Assembly: GCA_000092065.1 (NCBI GenBank)
Contig: CP000593.1
DNA: 64,000 nt
Source of the DNA: Ostreococcus lucimarinus
Taxonomy: Eukaryota
Direction: 5' to 3' (one strand)
Shown: piece after piece, positions 9,573-18,736 of the stretch
How the letters are laid out: each line of letters opens with the position of its first letter
Position numbering within the stretch: the first letter of the stretch is position 1
The notes under the pieces: generated by a model
Databases searched by the model: none
The model's input: only the letters and a program-made list of their open reading frames with translations
Told to the model about the DNA's origin: nothing
Translations under genes and position numbers: made by a program

Positions 9573-10403
9573 ATGCGCGTCGGCTTCATCGGGTACGGAA
9601 ACATGGCCGACGCTCTCGCGTGCGGGTTCGTGTCGGCAAACATGATAAAATTCACCGACTTGACGATGTGCAACAAATCTAACGTCGAGCGCCGTGAAGC
9701 ATTCGCCAAGCGCGGCGGTGTCGTCGCTCCCGACGCCGTGAGCGTGGCGAAGTCTTCTGATGTCGTTTTTCTCGCCGTGAAGCCGCCGTACATCAAATCC
9801 GTCCTCGAAGAAGTCTACGGAGGCTGCGACGCCGACGAGCTCAAGCCCAAGGTTTTCGTGAGCGTCGCCGCGGGCGTGACGTTGGACGTCATGGAAGGGG
9901 TTTGGACGTCCAAAAACGCCACGCCGCCGCCCATGGTGCGCGTTATGCCGAATACACCGTGCTTAGTCGGCGCCGCAGCGAGTGGGCTGTGCGTCGGGAG
10001 CACGTGCTCCGACGACGACAGGAACAAGGCGTTGGCGCTCATGTCGGCGGTGGGTGTGTGCAAGGTGATTATGGAATCTCAGATGAGCGCTTTGACGGGA
10101 GTGAGCGGGTCTGGGCCGGCATATATTTTCATTTTAATCGAAGCGATGGCTGATGGGGGTGTTCGCGCCGGTTTACCTCGAGACGTCGCCTTACAGCTCG
10201 CCGCGCAGACGTTTTACGGAGCGGCCAAAATGGTGCTCGAGACGGGAGAACATCCCGGCGTTTTAAAGGACAAAGTCTGCTCGCCGGGTGGGACGACAAT
10301 TACAGCGGTGCATGAGCTCGAAAAGGCAGGCGTGCGCCAAGCGATGATGAACGCTGTCGTCGCGGCCGCCGCTCGCGGAGACGAGTTGGCAAAATTGAGT
10401 TAG
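9573..10403 (+). CDS. Pyrroline-5-carboxylate reductase (P5CR/ProC family)
   Basis: MRVGFIGYGNMADALACGF Rossmann N-terminus, …PNTPCLVGAAASG… and …SPGGTTITAVHELEKAG… are P5CR hallmarks. ATG is at 9573 and the stop TAG at 10401-10403. Confidence 0.85.
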   Translation: MRVGFIGYGNMADALACGFVSANMIKFTDLTMCNKSNVERREAFAKRGGVVAPDAVSVAKSSDVVFLAVKPPYIKSVLEEVYGGCDADELKPKVFVSVAAGVTLDVMEGVWTSKNATPPPMVRVMPNTPCLVGAAASGLCVGSTCSDDDRNKALALMSAVGVCKVIMESQMSALTGVSGSGPAYIFILIEAMADGGVRAGLPRDVALQLAAQTFYGAAKMVLETGEHPGVLKDKVCSPGGTTITAVHELEKAGVRQAMMNAVVAAAARGDELAKLS

Positions 10404-10695
10404 TAGTTTGTAATCGATGGAAACGCGTGTTGTTTGTTTGGTATCAGTATGTTACGATGGGATTAAATATACGATGCGCGGTGCGAAGAGACGTATTGTC
10501 GTCTCCTTCATACGTACGAGTCATCGCCCACGAGTGAGCGAGAAAAGAATAGTGGTGGTGGGAATTATGAGTGGTCTGTGTGGTCGTGCGAGCCGAAAAT
10601 TGATTTCGGTTCGTGTCTTGGATATCTGTGCGGACGGTCAGATTGGTGTCGAAGTACTATGAGGTGCTTCTCATGGGCGCGATATCGGGCTGAGC

Positions 10696-11835
10696 TTAAG
10701 CTCTGAGGCTGGCGGTAGCGATGGCAGCGGCGGCGTTCGCTTGGACGGGCTTCACGAAGGACTCCGTCTTCACCTCGGCGATGGACCGATCCATCGCGTC
10801 AGAGTTCTCCATCTTGCGCGCGCCGAGGTTGTTCAGCATGCGCGCGTACCAGCCATCGGACTGTAACATCGAAGCAGCTTGCATGCTCACCGGAGCACTG
10901 AGCGCACTACTCGGACGAGAAGGCGAGGCATCACCGTTGAGACTCGTCAACGAGTCGACGCGCTTCAAGCCGGCGAGAAACGGCGCGCTGAGCGCCGGGG
11001 AGTGCGAGCGCCAGTCGTACAAATCGGAAGGCCCGTGCACAGAGAAGCCACCGCGTTTGGGCTTGGGAGCGAGCAAAGTGGGAACCACGCCATCGTCTTC
11101 CGAGCGAGTCGGTTCAGGCGTGCCGCAGTCGCGCGCGGCGCCGTAGGGCATCGCTCCCCACTCGTGAATCTCACCCTTCGTGCTCTTCAGTCGCTCGAGC
11201 TCCATGAGAGAGGCTTGAATGAGGTTATCCAAACCTTGCCGTTCGATCGCCACTGCCTCGGCACTCTTGCGAGGAATATCGATTCGAGAATCTCCAACGT
11301 TCCCGCGCTTTTCGGCGAGCTTGCTCGATCTGTCTCGCGAGCGCTTGGGCGACCCCGCTTGCTCGACCGTTTCGCCGGGCGATAATGATCTCTCGCGCTT
11401 CGATCGGCTCGGCGTCGACGGCGCATTGACACCGTCGCTTCGGTTATCGCCCATTCGCGATTGCGGTCGCGACGGCGCCTTTCGCGGCGACGACGAAGCG
11501 TCTCTCGCGCTCGTCGCCGACGTCGACCCCGCGGAGCCATCCTTCTTTTGGCTCGCGATTAAGCGTCTGAGAGTGGAATTGAATCGATTCTTCACTTGAT
11601 TATCCGTGCGCCCCGGCATAGATCGCGATATCACCGCCCATTTATTCCCGTGAATCGCGTGCTGCGCCAGAATCGTCGAGTCTTCCTCCGCCGTAAACGG
11701 TCCTCGCTTCACGCTCGGGTTCAGCTGGTTGCACCACCGCAGCCGACACGACTTGCTCGACCGCCCCGTCAACGCCTCGGCGATCGCGGTCCAGTTCCCC
11801 GGACCACCGAGTCTTTCGATCTGTCGTCTCAGCAG
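10696..11835 (-). CDS. R2R3-type Myb DNA-binding protein (3' exon; N-terminal exon not located)
   Basis: EDELLRRQIERLGGPGNWTAIAEALTGRSSKSCRLRWCNQLNP + PFTAEEDSTILAQHAIHGNKWAVISRSMPGRTDNQVKNRFNSTLRR = Myb R2/R3 repeats. The open frame continues upstream of the track start (TTG at 11772) to a stop near 11838 with no ATG. An AG acceptor precedes GAGGATGAA, implying an upstream coding exon. Confidence 0.6.
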   Translation of the reverse strand: MLRRQIERLGGPGNWTAIAEALTGRSSKSCRLRWCNQLNPSVKRGPFTAEEDSTILAQHAIHGNKWAVISRSMPGRTDNQVKNRFNSTLRRLIASQKKDGSAGSTSATSARDASSSPRKAPSRPQSRMGDNRSDGVNAPSTPSRSKRERSLSPGETVEQAGSPKRSRDRSSKLAEKRGNVGDSRIDIPRKSAEAVAIERQGLDNLIQASLMELERLKSTKGEIHEWGAMPYGAARDCGTPEPTRSEDDGVVPTLLAPKPKRGGFSVHGPSDLYDWRSHSPALSAPFLAGLKRVDSLTSLNGDASPSRPSSALSAPVSMQAASMLQSDGWYARMLNNLGARKMENSDAMDRSIAEVKTESFVKPVQANAAAAIATASLRA

Positions 11836-12587
11836 TTCATCCTCCTGTTCGCATCGCGCGCGCGCGCATTCGTCAGTCCTCCGCCCGAGCCCGAGCCCGC
11901 GTTTAGCAGGCCAACCTCATCCAAGCCCTATCGCCGTCGGTTGCCGTCGGTTGCGCTGGCGATAAGATCCTCGGCGTCCGCGCGCGCGACGTCGTGCGTC
12001 GCGTGCGACGTCGCGCGCGCGTCGCGCGCGCGCGTGAATGATGAAATATAATGCACACATCCCATCCACGCCCTCGATGCCGTCGCGCGCGCGACGCCCG
12101 CGCCCGCGCGCGGCGCCATCGCGCGCCGTCACCGCGACGTCACCCGGGGTCGTTACCAACCGTGCGCGGTGGCCGATGTCGGGGTCGCGTCGGCGACGTC
12201 GCGACGGGTCGTCGCGGCGACGGCGCGCGGGGCGCTCGATTTCCATCCATCGCGGCGTTCTCGCACCTCTGGCGTCCACGCGCTCTTAATCATTCGATCG
12301 TCATCCATGATGCGCGCGGCCGCGCGTCGCACGATGCGGGGCGACGCCCGGCGCGGGCGCGCGCGAACGCGCGGCTGCGCGCGCGCGGGCGCAAAATGCG
12401 GTGAATCACGCGCTCGAACGCCATCGACGCACACGGCGATCGGGGTGATTGTACCCCCAAAATCGAGCGATCGTGACTCGAGACACCGCGCGGTCATAAA
12501 AAATGGACACACCGGTCGGTCGCCATCGCGCGCCATCGCGCGCGCGCGTCGCGCGTCCCGCGCACACTCGCGCGCGCTCGCGTCGCG

Positions 12588-12812
12588 ATGGCGGACGTGA
12601 GCATGGATTACAGCGAATACAGCGAGGATGATTACGAGGACGACGCGTCGGAATCGGAGTTCGACGAGAACTCGCCCGCGGTGAAGAGCAAGGTGCGCGC
12701 GATGGCGCGAGAGACGGGGGAACGAACCGAATCGACGGTTTGGGCGACGCCGCGGCCGACGACGCTGACGACGCTGACGACGACGACGACGACTGACGAT
12801 CGGGCGCGATGA
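12588..12812 (+). promoter_or_regulatory. Upstream ORF (74 codons, acidic peptide MADVSMDYSEYSEDDYEDD…) whose stop codon overlaps the TOP2 initiator as ATGA
   Basis: ATG at 12588; the TGA at 12810-12812 overlaps ATG 12809-12811 of the topoisomerase II CDS. Confidence 0.4.
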
Positions 12813-15800
12813 TCGAACAGAAACCGACGAGCAAAAAGCCAAAGTCGCCGCTCGGGAACGCGACGAACAAGACGAAGAATAACAAATCCGTGGAGGAGAT
12901 TTACCAAAAGAAGACGCAGCTCGAACACATTTTGCTTCGTCCGGATACGTACGTCGGGTCGTGCGAGCGAGCGGAGGAGAAGGCGTGGGTGTACGATGCG
13001 GCGACAAAATCTTTGACGCATAAGCAAGTGTCCTTCGTGCCGGGGTTGTACAAGATTTTCGATGAAATTCTCGTCAACGCGACGGACAACAAGGTGCGCG
13101 ACCCAAAGATGAAGGAACTCCGCGTGGACATCGACGTCGAGCAAGGGCTGATTCGAGTGTATAACGATGGTAACGGCATTCCCGTAGAAATGCACAAAGA
13201 CGAAGGCGTTTACGTCCCGGAACTCATCTTTGGTCATCTTTTGACGTCGAGCAACTACGACGACAACGAAAAGAAGGTTGTCGGCGGGCGCAACGGTTAC
13301 GGCGCCAAGTTGGCGAACATCTTCTCCACCGAGTTCATCGTCGAAACGTGCGATGGTTCGCGCGGAAAGCGATATCGTCAAGTGTTCAAGAACAATATGA
13401 GCGTCAAGGGCGAACCGGAACTTTCCAAGTGCAAGAAAAGCGAGAACTGGACTTGCATCACATTCAAACCAGACTTTGAGAAGTTCGGCATGGAGTCCCT
13501 CGTGAACGAAGACGTCGCGGCTTTGATGTGCAAGCGCGTGTACGACGCGGCGGGTAACATCGGCAAAAACACAAACATTTACTTGAACGGCGAAAAGCTC
13601 GAGGTGAAGGGTTTCAGTGATTACGTGAGTTTGTACTTGGATGGCCAAGCGAACGCGCCAAAGATTTTCGAAAAGACGATGGATCGATGGGAAGTGTGCG
13701 TCACCATCTCCGACACCGCGCAGTTCCAGCAGTGCTCGTTCGTGAACGGTATTTGCACCATGAAGGGTGGTACGCACGTGAACTCGGTCGCAGATCAAAT
13801 CTCTCAAAAGCTGTTGGAGAAGATTCAGAAGAAGGAAAAGAGTTGCAAGAATTTGAAGGCGTTTCAAGTGAAGAACCATCTTTGGGTATTCGTCAACGCG
13901 CTCATCGAGAACCCGGCGTTTGATTCACAAACCAAAGAGACCCTCATCACGAGACCGAACAAGTTTGGCAGCGCTTACGCGCCTTCAGATGCCATCATCA
14001 AGAAGCTCATGGAGTCGGGCGTCGTCGACAACATCATGTCGTGGGCGCAGTTCAAGCAGAGCAAGGAACTCAAGAAGACGGATGGTGCCAAACGATCGCG
14101 TCTGACAGGTATTCCAAAGCTTGACGATGCTAACGATGCCGGTGGACGCAACTCTGAGTCTTGTACTTTGATTCTCACCGAAGGGGATTCCGCGAAGGCG
14201 CTCGCCGTGAGCGGTCTCTCCGTCGTCGGGCGCGACAAGTACGGCGTCTTCCCGCTTCGAGGTAAACTCTTGAACGTCCGCGATGCTTCGCATGAGCAAA
14301 TCAAGAACAACACCGAAATCAATCATATCAAGCAAATCCTTGGTTTACAGCACGGTAAGGAGTACGACAGCGCGAAATCGCTGCGTTACGGCAAGCTCAT
14401 GATCATGACCGATCAGGATCACGACGGTTCGCACATCAAGGGCTTGCTCATCAACTTTTTGCACGCTCACTTCCCGTCTCTACTCAAGATTCCTGGGTTT
14501 TTACTCGAGTTCATCACGCCAATCATCAAGGCGACCAAGGGTAAGCAGTCGAAGGTGTTCTACACTATGCCCGAGTACGAAGCGTGGAAGGAAGCGAACG
14601 ACGGCACGTCTGGCTGGAGCATCAAGTATTACAAGGGTCTCGGTACTTCTACCGCCAACGAAGCAAAAGAATACTTTGCGTCTCTCGATCACCACCGAAA
14701 GAGCTTTGTCTGGCAAAGTGACGGTGACGGTGACTTGATTGACATGTCGTTCAGCAAAAAGCGCGTCGTAGATCGCAAGGCGTGGCTTACGGCGTACGAA
14801 CCGGGGACTTTCTTAGACATGACCGGTGAAGACATTCGATACGACGAATTTATCAACAAGGAGCTCATTTTGTTCTCTAGAGCCGACTTGTTGCGCTCTA
14901 TTCCCAGTATGGTGGACGGTTTCAAACCGTCGCAGCGCAAAGTTCTCTTCTCGTGCTTCAAGCGTAAGCTGAAGTCCGACATCAAAGTGGCGCAGTTGAG
15001 TGGTTACGTCTCCGAGCACTCCGCCTACCATCACGGTGAAGCTTCTCTCGCGATGACAATTGTCAACTTGGCGCAAGACTTCGTCGGTTCGAACAACATC
15101 AACTTGCTCGTGCCGAGCGGGCAGTTCGGTACTCGCTTACAAGGCGGTAAGGATCATGCGAGCCCTCGTTACATCTTCACTCGCTTGCACGAAGTGTGCC
15201 GCGCGATGTTCCCGGAGTGTGACGATGCGTTGTTGAACTACCTCGATGAAGACGGTCAGCGCATCGAGCCGGATTATTACTATCCGGTTCTCCCGCTCGT
15301 GTTGGTGAACGGCGCTGAAGGCATCGGTACGGGATGGTCGACGAGTATTCCGAACTTCAACCCGCGAGATTTGATCGCAAACATTCGACTCGTGCTCGAA
15401 GGCGAGAGTCCGGTGCAAATGCATCCGTGGTACAGACACTTCAAGGGTTCGATCACGGAAGAACTCGTCAAGGGCGAGACGCGCTACAACGTCACCGGCT
15501 CGTACAACATTCGCGATGAGTGCACGTTGGAAGTCACCGAGTTGCCGTTGCGATCGTGGACCTCGGATTACAAGGAGTTCCTCGAAGAAATGCTTGTGCC
15601 AAAAACGAAAACTGCCAAGCCGTTCATCACCGACTACAAGGAGTACCACACCGACAGCACCGTGCACTTTGTGATCACGATGCCGCCGGAGAACTTGGCC
15701 GCCGCGCAAGCGTCTGGCATCGAGAAGAAGTTCAAGTTGAGCACCAAGCTGAACATCACCAACATGCACTTGTTCAACGAACAAGGTGTGATCACCAAGT

Positions 15801-16951
15801 ACTCTTCTCCGGTCGCCATCTTAGAGGCGTTCGTTCCTCTGCGTCTCAAGGCGTACTCGCAACGCCGAGAAATGTTGATTCGTCTCGCCGAGTCTCAGCT
15901 CAAGCGCTTGTCGAACAAGATGCGATTTATTCTCGCTGTCGTCGATGGAAGCCTTGTCGTGAACCGCAAGAAGAAGCAAGAACTCATCGCTGAGCTCGAA
16001 GCTTTGTGCTATGATCGTCTTCCGAAGACCGACAAGGGTTCCGTCGCCGAACTCGACGAAGACGGCGAGTTCATCGCCAACGATGTCGCCGGGTCTTACG
16101 ATTACCTCCTGGGCATGCCTCTTTGGAATTTGACGCTCGAGAAAGTTGACGAGCTGTGCGCAGAAAAAGAAGCCAAGGAAGCAGAAGTCGCTGAGCTTCA
16201 CAAGACGACGGAGAAGGACTTGTGGATGAAGGATCTTGACACCCTGGAGCAGACGCTCGAGCTCCTCGACGCCGAAGACGAAGAATCCCGAATCGTTCTT
16301 GAGAAGCAACAACGCGCGGCGGCGCGAAACAACACCGCTGCGGGTAAGAAAGCCGCGAAGAAGAAGATGGCGAAGCAGCGCGCGGCGAACAGCAGCGACG
16401 AAGATGAATGGGACGATGACTTTAGCGACGACGATTTCGAAATCGCCAAACCGAAGAAGGCGGCGGCAAAGCCCAAGGCGGCGGCGAAGCCCAAGGCGGC
16501 GCCCGTACCTGCACCGGCACCGGTGGCCAAGGTTGAAAGCGAAGACGAAGAAACCGAGCCGATGTCTCTCGCCGAGCGCTTGGCGTTGAGAGGTGGCGCC
16601 GCGTTGAGCAAGCCCGCCGCCGCCAAGCCGGCGAGCGCGTTCAACATGTCCTCCATCAACGCCGCCGTCGATGATGTTGCGATCTCCAAGCCAGCTCCTG
16701 CGAAGAAATCGGCCGCGCCGAAACGTGCACCTGCAAAGAAGGCTGCCGTGGCGTCTGATTCCGAAGAGGACTTTGGCGGCGAGAGCGATTCCGAAGTCGT
16801 CGCCCCGGTGGCGCCGAGATCGACCGCTCGCCCGGCGAGAGCCCGGACGGCGAAAACTTACGTGGTCGACGATTCCGACGATTCTGAAGACGACGTTTCG
16901 GAGGAAGACGACGACGACGATGATGAGAGTGACTTTTCCGAATCTGAATAA
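12809..16951 (+). CDS. TOP2: DNA topoisomerase II
   Basis: …EIYQKKTQLEHILLRPDTYVGS…, GHKL ATPase block, TOPRIM (EGDSA), …MIMTDQDHDGSHIKGLL… and the catalytic-Tyr region are all present. It is 1380 aa with an acidic, Lys-rich C-terminal tail. ATG is at 12809 and the stop TAA at 16949-16951. Confidence 0.95.
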   Translation: MIEQKPTSKKPKSPLGNATNKTKNNKSVEEIYQKKTQLEHILLRPDTYVGSCERAEEKAWVYDAATKSLTHKQVSFVPGLYKIFDEILVNATDNKVRDPKMKELRVDIDVEQGLIRVYNDGNGIPVEMHKDEGVYVPELIFGHLLTSSNYDDNEKKVVGGRNGYGAKLANIFSTEFIVETCDGSRGKRYRQVFKNNMSVKGEPELSKCKKSENWTCITFKPDFEKFGMESLVNEDVAALMCKRVYDAAGNIGKNTNIYLNGEKLEVKGFSDYVSLYLDGQANAPKIFEKTMDRWEVCVTISDTAQFQQCSFVNGICTMKGGTHVNSVADQISQKLLEKIQKKEKSCKNLKAFQVKNHLWVFVNALIENPAFDSQTKETLITRPNKFGSAYAPSDAIIKKLMESGVVDNIMSWAQFKQSKELKKTDGAKRSRLTGIPKLDDANDAGGRNSESCTLILTEGDSAKALAVSGLSVVGRDKYGVFPLRGKLLNVRDASHEQIKNNTEINHIKQILGLQHGKEYDSAKSLRYGKLMIMTDQDHDGSHIKGLLINFLHAHFPSLLKIPGFLLEFITPIIKATKGKQSKVFYTMPEYEAWKEANDGTSGWSIKYYKGLGTSTANEAKEYFASLDHHRKSFVWQSDGDGDLIDMSFSKKRVVDRKAWLTAYEPGTFLDMTGEDIRYDEFINKELILFSRADLLRSIPSMVDGFKPSQRKVLFSCFKRKLKSDIKVAQLSGYVSEHSAYHHGEASLAMTIVNLAQDFVGSNNINLLVPSGQFGTRLQGGKDHASPRYIFTRLHEVCRAMFPECDDALLNYLDEDGQRIEPDYYYPVLPLVLVNGAEGIGTGWSTSIPNFNPRDLIANIRLVLEGESPVQMHPWYRHFKGSITEELVKGETRYNVTGSYNIRDECTLEVTELPLRSWTSDYKEFLEEMLVPKTKTAKPFITDYKEYHTDSTVHFVITMPPENLAAAQASGIEKKFKLSTKLNITNMHLFNEQGVITKYSSPVAILEAFVPLRLKAYSQRREMLIRLAESQLKRLSNKMRFILAVVDGSLVVNRKKKQELIAELEALCYDRLPKTDKGSVAELDEDGEFIANDVAGSYDYLLGMPLWNLTLEKVDELCAEKEAKEAEVAELHKTTEKDLWMKDLDTLEQTLELLDAEDEESRIVLEKQQRAAARNNTAAGKKAAKKKMAKQRAANSSDEDEWDDDFSDDDFEIAKPKKAAAKPKAAAKPKAAPVPAPAPVAKVESEDEETEPMSLAERLALRGGAALSKPAAAKPASAFNMSSINAAVDDVAISKPAPAKKSAAPKRAPAKKAAVASDSEEDFGGESDSEVVAPVAPRSTARPARARTAKTYVVDDSDDSEDDVSEEDDDDDDESDFSESE

Positions 16952-17042
16952 ACTGCGAACGCTTTACGACGTGCTCGCGCTTCTAAGCGCGGCGTCGCTA
17001 CGAAAAGACACTTTGTAAAAATGACCAATACTATTACATTCG

Positions 17043-18530
17043 CTAATGCATCCAGAGTCGCAGCATCTTATCTTTCCCCCCACTCGCGGCTTTCGTCCCC
17101 ATCGGACTCCAGTCCACCGCGTACACCTCGTCGGCGTGACCCGGGAGATCCTCCTTTAACTTTTTCAATCGCGCGTCCCACACCTTCATCGTGCTATCCT
17201 TACTCGCACTCATCAACAACCGGCTGTCGGCGGACCAGGCGAGCTGGTAAACCGCACCGACGTGACCACGAAAAGAAGTGATGAATTTGCCCGTAAGGCC
17301 GTCCCACAGTTTGACTCCCTTGTCGAACGACGCGCTCGCGAAGTATCTTCCATCCGGCGAGAATAAGACGTGGTTGATGAGTTGTTGATGCCCAGTCAAG
17401 CGCTGCAGCGGCGTCTTGGTCGTCGACGGCTCCCACATAAACATCGTGTAATCATCACTACCACTCACTAAGCGCTCCGGTTTCCCTCCAGTCGCCGCCT
17501 TATATCTCGTCAGCGCCTGCGCCTTGGCTTGAGCGTCGTTTTCAGGCTTTTTCCCGGTGTGATCGTACGGCCCCGTGCGCAGGGCGTATTCGGTCGACAA
17601 CGCTAACGAATTCACCCAGTGCCCGTGTCCTTTGAGCTGTCGCACCACCTTGCCGTCGTTCGCGTCCCAGACGTAGATGGTCGTGTCTCGAGAGGCGGTG
17701 TAAATCAATCCCTCGCCTCCCCACTTCACCGAGGCGATGGCTTTCGTGTGCGCCGACATGGTAAACAAGCACGCGCGCCGCACGGCGTCCCAAACTCGCA
17801 CGGACCCATCCGCGCTCGCGCTACAAAATCGCACGACGGGATAAGCCACGTGTGCGGGCTCCCACGCCAGCGCGGTCACGTGCTTCTTGTGACCCTTCAT
17901 CGGCCCTCCGCGCGCCTCGCCCGTGATCGGATCCCACAATCGCACGGCGCTATCCATCCCCCCGCTCGCCAAGTACACGTTATCCGCGCTCCACGCGATG
18001 CACAGCACCCAATTCGTGTGTCCCTTGAGCGTGTGTTTCGGCGCCTGTGAATCCAAATTCCACATTCGTATCGTCGAATCTCCGCTCCCGCTCGCCAAGT
18101 GTTTCCCGTCGCTCGAAAACGCCACGCTCAGCACCGCCTCGGCGTGTCCCGCGATCGCCGCCGAGCACCTCGTCACCGCGCGCACTCGAAACACACTTTG
18201 CGGCTGATACACTATCTTCAACACCTGTTCCACGGAGATCTTCCGCTCCACGATCGTCGCCGCCAACGCTCCCGTCACCTCCTCGCCGTCGACGTAAAAC
18301 GCGTACGGCGTCGTCAGCCGGTCGTCGTCCTCCGGATTCGCGCTCGACGCGCGAAGCAGCTCGCGCAGGAGCGACTGCAATTCGCGCGCGCCCACGTCGG
18401 GGGGCAAATCGAGCTCGGGTCCCGCCGCGACGCCGTCCACGTCGACGAGCTGCGCGATGAGGTTGGCGTCCGCGAGCGTCGTCGCGGGCGTCGTCGCGGG
18501 CGTCGCGCGCGCGCGCTTATTCGACGCCAT
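17043..18530 (-). CDS. NLE1: Notchless-like WD40 ribosome-biogenesis protein (NLE domain + 8 WD40 repeats)
   Basis: N-terminal NLE-like segment followed by canonical WD repeats (GHxxxV…WD). The track ORF extends to 18647 with an R/A-rich leader. The Met at 18530 (MASNKRARA…) gives about 496 aa, typical of Notchless. Confidence 0.7.
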   Translation of the reverse strand: MASNKRARATPATTPATTLADANLIAQLVDVDGVAAGPELDLPPDVGARELQSLLRELLRASSANPEDDDRLTTPYAFYVDGEEVTGALAATIVERKISVEQVLKIVYQPQSVFRVRAVTRCSAAIAGHAEAVLSVAFSSDGKHLASGSGDSTIRMWNLDSQAPKHTLKGHTNWVLCIAWSADNVYLASGGMDSAVRLWDPITGEARGGPMKGHKKHVTALAWEPAHVAYPVVRFCSASADGSVRVWDAVRRACLFTMSAHTKAIASVKWGGEGLIYTASRDTTIYVWDANDGKVVRQLKGHGHWVNSLALSTEYALRTGPYDHTGKKPENDAQAKAQALTRYKAATGGKPERLVSGSDDYTMFMWEPSTTKTPLQRLTGHQQLINHVLFSPDGRYFASASFDKGVKLWDGLTGKFITSFRGHVGAVYQLAWSADSRLLMSASKDSTMKVWDARLKKLKEDLPGHADEVYAVDWSPMGTKAASGGKDKMLRLWMH

Positions 18531-18736
18531 GCGCGCGCGAACCGCGCGGTGCGCGCGTTCGTCTCCTCGCCGCGCCGCGCGCGTCGCGGCGCGCTCGAGC
18601 GCGTCGCGAGGTGCGGACGCGCGCACCGCGCCGGCGGCGGCGGGCAAAGGAGGCGGGACGGCTGGGACGGCTGGGACGCGGGACGCGGGACGCGCGAATG
18701 CGAGAATGAATGCGTCGCATTACGCGCGATGACGGG

